Assembly: GCA_946184295.1 (NCBI GenBank)
Contig: CAMHEZ010000001.1
Location: forward strand, 137,977-201,976
Origin: an uncultured Clostridia bacterium
GTDB taxonomy: Bacteria > Bacillota > Clostridia > Oscillospirales > Acutalibacteraceae
Length of the DNA stretch: 64,000 nucleotides
Direction of reading: 5' to 3'
The notes under the pieces were generated by a model that saw nothing but the letters and a program-made list of their open reading frames with translations, was not told where the DNA came from and made no database searches. The translations under genes were made by a program, and so were the position numbers. How positions within the stretch are numbered: position 1 is the stretch's first letter; every line of letters starts with the position of its first letter. Shown here one piece after another: positions 53,696 to 61,809 of this stretch.

Positions 53696-53732
53696 TGATT
53701 TTCTCATTTGGCAAATAAGGAGGCTGCACATC

Positions 53733-54368
53733 ATGAAATGCCAAAGTTTTCGCCAGAGCGTAGCTGCCGTGCTGGCTGTCATGTGCTTGTTCCTGTTGGC
53801 GGCGCCGGTGCGTGCCGAGGGAGACAGTACGTCCGCGGATGTCATGATTCCGGTCACAGTGAAGGATACCAGCGGTATGCTGACGGACAGCACATCGTTC
53901 CGTGTCACACTGGTGGGGAAGGATGCCGCCGCACCGCTGCCAGCCGTAACGGAGTACATACTTACCGCCGCCCCCGAGGCAACCTGTGAGTTTGGCCCTC
54001 TGGCCTTTGATGAGCCGGGCAACTATCGGTATCTGATCCGGCAGGAACAGCTTACCGGTGACGATACCGTTATCACTGACCATACGGTATATGCTGTAAC
54101 AGTTGTTGTTATCACCGATGACGATGTGCTTTCTGCTACTGTAGAGGTCAGGAAGCAGAACGAAAATCAAAAACGGGCAGCGCTTGTTTTTGAAAACAGC
54201 GATAAGCGCGCGCAGAAAGACCAACCGAACACCGAAAACGATGACCAATCCTCGGAGGACGATGACGACGAGAACGCCCACGATGATATTCGCTCTCTGA
54301 CCGGATTGAAAAATTTTTCTCGCCCCGTACGGGCGAACCGCTTTCCTTTGCGCCGCTGGGATTGCTGA
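53733..54368 (+). CDS. Small pilin with Spy0128/FctA-type isopeptide-domain features; its body is out of frame with its own sorting signal
   Basis: AAGGAGG RBS and signal peptide MKCQSF...APVRAEG. It has F.V.L pilin-like beta strands and NYRYLIRQE (YxYxIxE). The reading frame ends at 54368 without an anchor. Confidence 0.7.
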   Translation: MKCQSFRQSVAAVLAVMCLFLLAAPVRAEGDSTSADVMIPVTVKDTSGMLTDSTSFRVTLVGKDAAAPLPAVTEYILTAAPEATCEFGPLAFDEPGNYRYLIRQEQLTGDDTVITDHTVYAVTVVVITDDDVLSATVEVRKQNENQKRAALVFENSDKRAQKDQPNTENDDQSSEDDDDENAHDDIRSLTGLKNFSRPVRANRFPLRRWDC

Positions 54369-54466
54369 TTGCTGGGGGCCTGTTCGCGGTCTGGGCTGTT
54401 CGCCGCGGAAAACAGGCTGACGTCCCTGCCGCTGCTTCCGAAAAGGAAGGGGAAGAGGCGCAGTGA
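54317..54466 (+). other. Orphan cell-wall sorting signal in the -1 frame of the small pilin
   Basis: Frame 2 reads FSPRTGEPLSFAPLGLLIAGGLFAVWAVRRGKQ...*. The SPRTGE hexapeptide is identical to that of the giant protein. Confidence 0.75.
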
Positions 54467-54586
54467 CAGTCGCTCCACAGGCGGTATTCCGCTGAGCGAT
54501 TGTCAGGGAAGAGTGATATTTTTGATGCGGAGACGCGGCATTTAAGCGTGTCCTGTCCCGGCATGACCCGAGGAGGCATTGGATTG

Positions 54587-55660
54587 ATGAACGGTAAAAA
54601 ATGGATCAGTGCTCTTACAGTGTGTGTACTGGTGTTGTTTCTGACCGCCGCGCCAACGGCGTTGGCCGACGGCGTGACCGGCGGTACGGTGAATCTCAAA
54701 ATCGCGCTGCTCATGGATCAGCAGGCTGCGGTACCGGACGTGACCTTCAGCTATACGCTTGCGCCGGGAGAACCCGTGCCGTCGTCCGGCGGAGAACTGC
54801 CGATTCAGAGCGGCCCGGCAGGCGCGACTTTGCAAGGCAGCGGCAATGTGACCTTTTCGTCCGGTGACACCACCGTTGAAGCGGGGGCAAAAAAAGGTGT
54901 CGAAAAGACCCTGACCGCCGATTTCAGCGGCGTAACTTTCCCCGACACCGGCGTTTACCGCTATGTGGTGACGGCTGCGCCCAGTACCGTCGCCGGTGTG
55001 GAAATAGATGCGGACGACAAGCGTTACATTGATATCGCGATAGAGAACAACGGCAGCGGGGCGCTGCAAATCGCTTCGACCGTCGTGCGTCGTGCGTCTG
55101 ACAGCGCCAAATCGGAGGGCTTTACCAACTATTGCAGTACCAACGTGCTCACGGTTGCCAAACAGGTGATCGGCAATCAGGCTTCCAAGAAGAAATACTT
55201 TCAATTTACCGTCACGGTGTTGCCGCCCCGTACCGGCGTAACGGAGATTTCCGACGAAACGCGGTTTCCGGTGACCGGCAGCTTTGATCGCTCGGTCAAC
55301 AAAACCTCCGCAACCGTCTACGAGGCCGATGTGATGAATGCTGCCAACGCGGTGACTGTGGACGGAGAAAACGGCTATGTTACCTATGCCCAACTGAAAG
55401 CCGGTAAGGTGTTTTACCTGCGCCACGGGCAGACGGTCGTTATCAGTGACATTCCCGCAGATTATGGCTACTCGGTTACAGAAGCACCGGAGGACTATAC
55501 GCTGACTGCCGTTCAGGTGTCAGGCGATCAGACGGGATATTCCCGCAGCGCCCCGGTTCCTACCGGTGTGACGATTGCCATCGTGGTGCCCGCACTGCTG
55601 GTGTTGGGCGGCGTGATTGGCGTTGGCACCATCGTAGTGCGGAGAAACAAACGGTCATGA
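54587..55660 (+). CDS. Backbone-type pilin (Spy0128/FctA-like) with PVPTG sorting signal
   Basis: Signal peptide ending ALADG, DVTFSYTL.., GVYRYVVT, YGYSVTEA (E-box-like). The C-terminus is PVPTG (55556-55567) plus TM plus RRNKRS. Confidence 0.75.
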   Translation: MNGKKWISALTVCVLVLFLTAAPTALADGVTGGTVNLKIALLMDQQAAVPDVTFSYTLAPGEPVPSSGGELPIQSGPAGATLQGSGNVTFSSGDTTVEAGAKKGVEKTLTADFSGVTFPDTGVYRYVVTAAPSTVAGVEIDADDKRYIDIAIENNGSGALQIASTVVRRASDSAKSEGFTNYCSTNVLTVAKQVIGNQASKKKYFQFTVTVLPPRTGVTEISDETRFPVTGSFDRSVNKTSATVYEADVMNAANAVTVDGENGYVTYAQLKAGKVFYLRHGQTVVISDIPADYGYSVTEAPEDYTLTAVQVSGDQTGYSRSAPVPTGVTIAIVVPALLVLGGVIGVGTIVVRRNKRS

Positions 55661-56436
55661 TGGGGACAAAACAAAAACATCCCATAGGCGGCGCGTGGCA
55701 TCCGATCTGGAAAAAGCTCAATGATCTGTATGATCTGGTTGCCGTGACGGCATTGCTTCTGGTGATTTTTACAGCGGGCTATTGCCTGTACGACAGCCTT
55801 TACATTTACACGCACACTGCCGACGCGGCGCAGCTGGCACTGTATAAGCCGTCACCCCAGACCGGCATGACGCAGGATTCCCCGATTACCGACCAGATGG
55901 TCGGCTGGCTTACCATGGATGGAACGGATATTGATTATCCTGTAATGCAGGGCGAAGATAACGCGGAATTTCTCAACAAGGATCCTTACGGCAAATTCTC
56001 GCTTTCCGGCAGCATCTTTCTTGACAGTCGCAACACGCCCTCCTTTGATGACGGCTATGCCATCATCTACGGACATCATATGGAATACGGCAAAATGTTC
56101 GGCGCGCTTGACCGCTATCTGGACGAGGACTATGCCCGCCGCCACGCTCACGGCACACTGCTTATCGGCAGAGACGGTCAGGAAACCCGTGAACTGGAGG
56201 TGTTTGCCGTGGCGGAGGCGCGCGCCGCGGAAAAGGTGCTGTTTCACATGAGCACCGCCGATCAGGTCAGACGGTACATGACCGATCACGCCTCTTTTCG
56301 TTTTTTCGAGCCGGATGGCAATATCCTGGCGCTGACCACCTGCGTGGATACCGCCGCCGACGCCAGAATTGTGGTGATGTGTGAGATCAGGGAACAGACC
56401 GCCTCACCGTCATCACCGGCTACAGCAATTTCATAA
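55657..56436 (+). CDS. Class B sortase
   Basis: GWLTMDGTDIDYPVMQGEDNAEFLNKD, GSIFLDSRN, IIYGHHMEYGKMFGAL, LALTTC (catalytic Cys) and a downstream Arg. The ATGA overlaps the pilin stop. Confidence 0.85.
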   Translation: MMGTKQKHPIGGAWHPIWKKLNDLYDLVAVTALLLVIFTAGYCLYDSLYIYTHTADAAQLALYKPSPQTGMTQDSPITDQMVGWLTMDGTDIDYPVMQGEDNAEFLNKDPYGKFSLSGSIFLDSRNTPSFDDGYAIIYGHHMEYGKMFGALDRYLDEDYARRHAHGTLLIGRDGQETRELEVFAVAEARAAEKVLFHMSTADQVRRYMTDHASFRFFEPDGNILALTTCVDTAADARIVVMCEIREQTASPSSPATAIS

Positions 56437-59400
56437 AGGAAGTGGACACAGTGCTGAAATACAAACCAAAAAAATTATAAGCAGCGTGTCAATCGTCGTG
56501 GTGCTGGTGGCATTTTTGTGCCAGGCGGCGGCTATGATCCCCGATTATTATGTAAAGGTCGCTGCCGAGGCAGCTGTTTCCGGCGCGGATATTCCCGCCG
56601 ATGATCAGGCTGTTACTCACGCGGAAGCGCCGGATGAGTCAGACACGGCGGACGATACAGACGCGGCGGACGCGGCCGATCAGACGGTACTCCGGCAGAC
56701 GCTCCCCCTGAACGCGCCCCTCCGGCAGTGGGCGGATAATGTTTATTCATATGAAACGACTTACCAACAAACCCTGACGTTTGAAAGCCTGTTTACGGCA
56801 TTGGGCGTCAATCAGTCTCCTGGCAATGTCACCGCCGTGACGCCCCGCTCCGATACGGCAGCTAATAATCTGGCGATTGATATCGAGAATAAGACCATTT
56901 CTCCCAAGAAAAAATATGACGAGCTGGAATTGGTTGATTTTACATTTAAGGACGGTACTTCCATTGCCGTGCAGTTTACGGATACCTACTATACGCCGGA
57001 TATTGCCAAACTCTGCACCGGTATCAAGCTGCTTGTCAACGGCAAATATTACACCGCTGACGACGCCGGTACCACACTGGCGGTCAGCGACAAAACGTAT
57101 TATGATCTGATGATCGACTTTGCCGAAACGTCCCAGTGTCAGTTTGCCGATTATCAGCCGCTGTTTTACAAGCTGCCTCAAAGCTTTTATCTGCCGGATG
57201 ATTTCAATGATACGAATCACACGGTCGATATTGACATGGGCAGATACGGTTCAATGAAAGGAAACCGCGTCACTTACGACGCGGCCACCAATACGATCAA
57301 ACTGCATTGGAATCAGAATGACAGCACATTCGAGCAGTTCCGTCAGGCTGGTACAGCGCAGTTTACGCTGGTGCTGTCGGGTTTGCTCGACCTCTCCGGC
57401 AACGCGCTGATTTTTGAGCAGGACAAAACCATCACGCTGACCAAGGAAAACCTGCACAATGCCAGCATCACGAAAACGCCTTCTTATGCGCAGTCCAACG
57501 GTACGATCACTTATGATATTGTCGTCACGTCTGACGGCACGACGGAAGATCTGATGCTCACCGACGTCATGGGCTATGCGCTCAAGCATACGGACGATGT
57601 GACGCTACATTATGTTCATGCTTCGGACTCTTACGATCCCGCCGCGTTTCAGGAACCGTCCGTCGTCTCCAACGCAGACGGCCGGCTGGTTATCAGCATT
57701 CCCGCCATGAGTGACGGAGATAAACTGCACATCAGCTATACCTGTGCCATTGATCTCGATAAAATCGCTCGTACCCGCCACGCTACCGAGGAAGAAACCG
57801 GCAACACCGCCACGATCGTGGGTGATAACGACCCGAGTGACAACGTCGCCAAGGCGCATGTCAGCGACATTGACTTTTCCAGTATGGCCAAGACTTCGCT
57901 GGGCAAGACCCCGCTCAAGATGGAAGGCAGCTATTACAGCGTGATTACGTGGCAGGCAGTCACCAATGAAGGCGCCAAGGTCGGGCTGGCGGGTTCCGAC
58001 CTGACCGATACCATGGTGGAGAGTGCGCAAATTTCCGCTTACCACGGAGAGGGCGTCACGGTGAAGTGCTATGACGCGGACAACAATCTGAAGGAGACCC
58101 GTCTGCTGACATGGGCCGATCTGCAGATCGACCCCAATTCTGCCAAGTCATGGACCTATCATATTCCCGATGATGACCCCCGGTACAAGTATGTGGCGGA
58201 GTATCAGACCCGCGTGTTCCGCGACGGATTGGAAGAGCAGACCGTCGTGACCAACAGGGTTACCGGCAAATGCGGCGAGGCGGAAGCGCTGGAATTGGTG
58301 GACCCCTTGTCGGGACAGGGGGGCGGTATCTCCGTTTCGAAGTATGCCACCAACATTCTTTCCGACCACGTCACATGGGACATCACCATGACGGTGGAAG
58401 GCGAAGATTATCTCAACAAGGAACTCGCGCTGAAAGAAGGCACACAGAACAAAACAACCCAGGAACTGCCCAATGTGACAATTCCCGCATATACCGACGA
58501 GCGCGGCGTGTATCACGCGGGCGGCATCATCTGTGAAGAATTGGAACAGCTGGAAATATACGGCTTGCAGCCTCAGGAGGCATTCCGTATCTATTATGCC
58601 GTTGACGGTGTGTCCACGATCTACGATTCGGATAACACCGATTACTGTACGCGGTACGACGACGGCACAGCGGTGGTGACCGGGTTCGCGAAGCCTGCCG
58701 TGGATTATGTTACTAACAAAGCCACCTTCCAGATGTATTTCTATAAGTCCGGTGAGAAGGATGCAGTTAGTGGCAAATTCGTTCAGGCCAACAGAGGCTT
58801 GAATCTGCCGACCGATATGCCCGACCCCGTTCCGGAGGGCTATCAGCCCAAGCGAACGGTCAATCTCAAGATGACCAACTACTTCCCGAATGAATGGGGC
58901 AACAGTGCCCGTGATTACGCAAAGGCCACCGGCAGCTACACGCCCGGTATGTATACCCATTACACGCCCAATCCCAACTCATCCAACACGCTGAAACGGT
59001 TGGACTTCCTGATTAACGTCAATCCCGGCAAGCTCCGCCTCAATGACGGCAAATACATGGAGGTCAGAGACGTTTATTCCGATACCCTTTCGGCGGACTA
59101 CCGTTCTATCCGGTTTACGGTCGATCCGCCGGAAAACGCCTCACTCATTCATTACGATTACCACGACAACACGGGCAGTTTTGTCATACCCGACGAAACG
59201 AATGTCAGAATCACGTATACGGCGACGGTGCTGACCAAGTCCAATGAGCTGAACACGGTCGAGAATGTCTCGTTTTCCAACAAGGTGAGCGTCCTTGGCT
59301 ACAGCACAGAAGTGGTGGATCATACCGACGTGACCGTCGGCTCCACCGGTTCCGCCATCGACCCGGAACTGTATCTTTACAAATTCCGCTCCAATCATAT

Positions 59401-61753
59401 GGAAACCGGTCTGAACGGTGCCATCTTCGAACTGATGGAGGATAAGATGGACGCACAGGGAAACGTGGTGTATCAATCCGACGGCAAAACCACCGTGAAG
59501 GTACCGGTTTATTCCAAAAAAAATAATAAGCCAATCGTGCTGCCCACCGAAAACGACCCGACTCTTGCCACACCCGGATATATTCATGTCAAACTGTCCC
59601 AGACGGAATACGATATGGTGCTGGAATACAACAAGGATTATTATCTCCATGAGAAAAAGGCGCCTACCGGGTACACCTCCAGCGATATTTATTACCAGTT
59701 CAAAATCAAAAAAGACGGCACGGTGAACTATTCCAACCGTGAATACCTCAACGGCGACGTGCTGACCGTCCGCAATGTGCCGGAGTATATTGACGTGGAC
59801 GTGTCCAAGCAGATTCTGGGCAATGTCATGCTGACCGACGCGGACAAAGAAGCCATTCACTTCAAGCTGGAAAAGCGGAACGCCGACAGCGGCGCGTGGG
59901 AAGTTTACAACGGTTACAGCGATGTGAAATACACGGATTTCGTCGCGGCGCCGGGCAGTACCGACGGCACGGTCGTCAAGACGCTGGAGCATCTCACCGA
60001 AGGTCAGTACAGGCTGACAGAGACAGGTAATGCCACGGTCAAAGGCAATCACCCCGGCTCTAAAACCTCCACAAGCTATTTGTGGGAGGACAATGTCGGC
60101 GGCAGACAGGCCGACGGCGACCTTTCCGTTACCTTTGAAATCACGCAGGTGCACCTGCAGAACGCGGACGACCGCGAGCTGACCCTCACCAACACCTTTT
60201 CGATCGACACCGTGGACAAGAAGGTCTTCAAACGCTGGTACAATCCCGACGGCACGCAGATCAACTGGCCCGAAGGTCTGGCGGTCAGGCTGGATATGTA
60301 TCGCTATGATAAGAATACGACGCAGATCATCGGTTCCCCTGTCGCCAGCGTTACACTTGACGGTGTGGCGGATCAGAACGGCGAGTACACCGCGGGTATC
60401 GCGACCTTCTATGATCTGCCGCGTTATCAGGCGGACGGCGAGACGGAACAAATCTACGCCGTCAAGGAAGCCACCGTTTTCAACGGCTACCAGACGCCGG
60501 ACGTTACGGTATTTTATGACAATGCCGCGAACCAGTCCCTCAGCGAAGTGACGGTGAAAAACACCAAGAAGGCCACATCGGTCACCGTTACCAAAGTATG
60601 GAGCCCCTCAGTTCCGGATAATGCCTATGCTACCTTCCGTCTGTTCGCTTATCCCGACGGGCAGGATCCCGCCAAGGCGACGATGGTGCGTGACCTGAAG
60701 GTGGACGGTACCGGCGACAACGGCTGGATGGCTGTCTTTGCCGATTTGCCGACCGCCAACGATCTGGACATACCGCTGCATTACATCGTCAAGGAAATCA
60801 GTCACACAACGGGCTACGAGCCGGAGTACAGCCAGCAGAGAAGCTACGCGCTCGATGGCGAAACCGTCACCAACCGACCGGCCAAGACCGATTTCAGCGT
60901 CACCGTGAAGTGGGAAAACACCATGAACAACCGGTGGCCCGCCGGTCAGAGCGTCACTCTGAAGCTCAGGCGAAGGAACAAGGATACTCAGACACCTGAC
61001 GATGACTTCGCGATGGATTTTTCCATTGCGGGCGTGAGCTACAGCGGTATCAATCATTACAGTCCCTTTGAAGTGGAGAACAATAACGATAATCTCATCC
61101 TGACCGTCAAGTCCCTGCAAAAGTACGCCGCGGACGGCAGTCAGTGGGAGTATTTCATCAGTCAGGACGAATACTTCACCACTACCTACGCCAATAAAAA
61201 CCGCGCTGACGTTACTGACAGCGGGCAAACTACCAACCAGGGTCTGATTGTCAACCGGCTTCCCACGCATGACCTCACCTTCAGCAAAACGGTGACAGGC
61301 GCCTTTGGCAGCACCATACGGCAGTTTAACTTCACCGTAAAACTGTCCAACGGGTCGGTGGCGTTGGCGGGGCCCCTGACGTGTGTCAAACAGGAGCGCG
61401 ACGGCACGCAGGACAATCTTACCGTGACTTTCGACGCAAACGGCGAGGCGGTGATTTCGCTCCGTCACGGGGAGTCGTTCACGGTGAAAGGCATTCAGTC
61501 CGGCGCGACCTATTCCGTGACAGAAGAAAGTCTCACCGAAGAAGGCTATACAGTGGCAGTCGAAGGCGCTTCCGAAGGCAAACTGGATGCAGACACACAG
61601 GTTTCCTTTACCAATTCCCGCGGGGGGGCAGTGCCTACGGGTCTGTCGCTGGGCATTACTTCCTCTGTGGCCATTGTTGTCGCAGCCTCTGCCGCCATTT
61701 TGCTGATACTGCGCAAGCGGCGCAAGGCACGTGCACAGCAGGTATGTCTTTGA
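56381..61753 (+). CDS. Large pilus tip adhesin with CnaB/SpaA-type isopeptide domains and AVPTG sorting signal (start uncertain)
   Basis: CnaB-like units (VTVTKVW..., FSVTVKWEN..., KKVFKRWYNPDG...) and SpaA-like L.GAIFEL...EKKAPTGY. The C-terminus is AVPTG (61631-61642) plus TM plus RKRRK. A signal-peptide-like N-terminus starts at GTG 56451 in another frame. Confidence 0.85.
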   Translation: MRSGNRPPHRHHRLQQFHKGSGHSAEIQTKKIISSVSIVVVLVAFLCQAAAMIPDYYVKVAAEAAVSGADIPADDQAVTHAEAPDESDTADDTDAADAADQTVLRQTLPLNAPLRQWADNVYSYETTYQQTLTFESLFTALGVNQSPGNVTAVTPRSDTAANNLAIDIENKTISPKKKYDELELVDFTFKDGTSIAVQFTDTYYTPDIAKLCTGIKLLVNGKYYTADDAGTTLAVSDKTYYDLMIDFAETSQCQFADYQPLFYKLPQSFYLPDDFNDTNHTVDIDMGRYGSMKGNRVTYDAATNTIKLHWNQNDSTFEQFRQAGTAQFTLVLSGLLDLSGNALIFEQDKTITLTKENLHNASITKTPSYAQSNGTITYDIVVTSDGTTEDLMLTDVMGYALKHTDDVTLHYVHASDSYDPAAFQEPSVVSNADGRLVISIPAMSDGDKLHISYTCAIDLDKIARTRHATEEETGNTATIVGDNDPSDNVAKAHVSDIDFSSMAKTSLGKTPLKMEGSYYSVITWQAVTNEGAKVGLAGSDLTDTMVESAQISAYHGEGVTVKCYDADNNLKETRLLTWADLQIDPNSAKSWTYHIPDDDPRYKYVAEYQTRVFRDGLEEQTVVTNRVTGKCGEAEALELVDPLSGQGGGISVSKYATNILSDHVTWDITMTVEGEDYLNKELALKEGTQNKTTQELPNVTIPAYTDERGVYHAGGIICEELEQLEIYGLQPQEAFRIYYAVDGVSTIYDSDNTDYCTRYDDGTAVVTGFAKPAVDYVTNKATFQMYFYKSGEKDAVSGKFVQANRGLNLPTDMPDPVPEGYQPKRTVNLKMTNYFPNEWGNSARDYAKATGSYTPGMYTHYTPNPNSSNTLKRLDFLINVNPGKLRLNDGKYMEVRDVYSDTLSADYRSIRFTVDPPENASLIHYDYHDNTGSFVIPDETNVRITYTATVLTKSNELNTVENVSFSNKVSVLGYSTEVVDHTDVTVGSTGSAIDPELYLYKFRSNHMETGLNGAIFELMEDKMDAQGNVVYQSDGKTTVKVPVYSKKNNKPIVLPTENDPTLATPGYIHVKLSQTEYDMVLEYNKDYYLHEKKAPTGYTSSDIYYQFKIKKDGTVNYSNREYLNGDVLTVRNVPEYIDVDVSKQILGNVMLTDADKEAIHFKLEKRNADSGAWEVYNGYSDVKYTDFVAAPGSTDGTVVKTLEHLTEGQYRLTETGNATVKGNHPGSKTSTSYLWEDNVGGRQADGDLSVTFEITQVHLQNADDRELTLTNTFSIDTVDKKVFKRWYNPDGTQINWPEGLAVRLDMYRYDKNTTQIIGSPVASVTLDGVADQNGEYTAGIATFYDLPRYQADGETEQIYAVKEATVFNGYQTPDVTVFYDNAANQSLSEVTVKNTKKATSVTVTKVWSPSVPDNAYATFRLFAYPDGQDPAKATMVRDLKVDGTGDNGWMAVFADLPTANDLDIPLHYIVKEISHTTGYEPEYSQQRSYALDGETVTNRPAKTDFSVTVKWENTMNNRWPAGQSVTLKLRRRNKDTQTPDDDFAMDFSIAGVSYSGINHYSPFEVENNNDNLILTVKSLQKYAADGSQWEYFISQDEYFTTTYANKNRADVTDSGQTTNQGLIVNRLPTHDLTFSKTVTGAFGSTIRQFNFTVKLSNGSVALAGPLTCVKQERDGTQDNLTVTFDANGEAVISLRHGESFTVKGIQSGATYSVTEESLTEEGYTVAVEGASEGKLDADTQVSFTNSRGGAVPTGLSLGITSSVAIVVAASAAILLILRKRRKARAQQVCL

Positions 61754-61809
61754 GGGTGTCACTCGGTGAGAGAATCAATTAAACCGTAACCGGAAGGGAA
61801 GTCGTTCAT

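Noticed and set aside
53502-53732. An N-terminal 77-aa extension of the small pilin ORF, with the listed start at 53502.
   Set aside because: The extension would begin inside the promoter: the -10 hexamer lies at 53513-53518. It also runs through the leader terminator. A strong AAGGAGG RBS and a canonical signal peptide begin at ATG 53733.
53520-53732. A c-di-GMP riboswitch (GEMM-I or class II) in the pilus leader.
   Set aside because: I looked for the GGCAAACC / ACGCAAAGC pair of class I and the GGAAAC...GCAACCGACC features of class II. I found only loose resemblances (ACGGCAATGC, ACAAACCGAT), and they are in the wrong order. The region is kept as an unclassified attenuator and needs a covariance-model search.
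16289-56490. Treating the three homopolymer frame breaks (16309-16337, 54309-54318, 56468-56474) as firm evidence of programmed frameshifting or phase variation.
   Set aside because: All three are repaired by adding exactly one base to an A or T run. That is the typical signature of long-read homopolymer deletion errors. They are reported as findings only with this caveat, and read-level data must decide.
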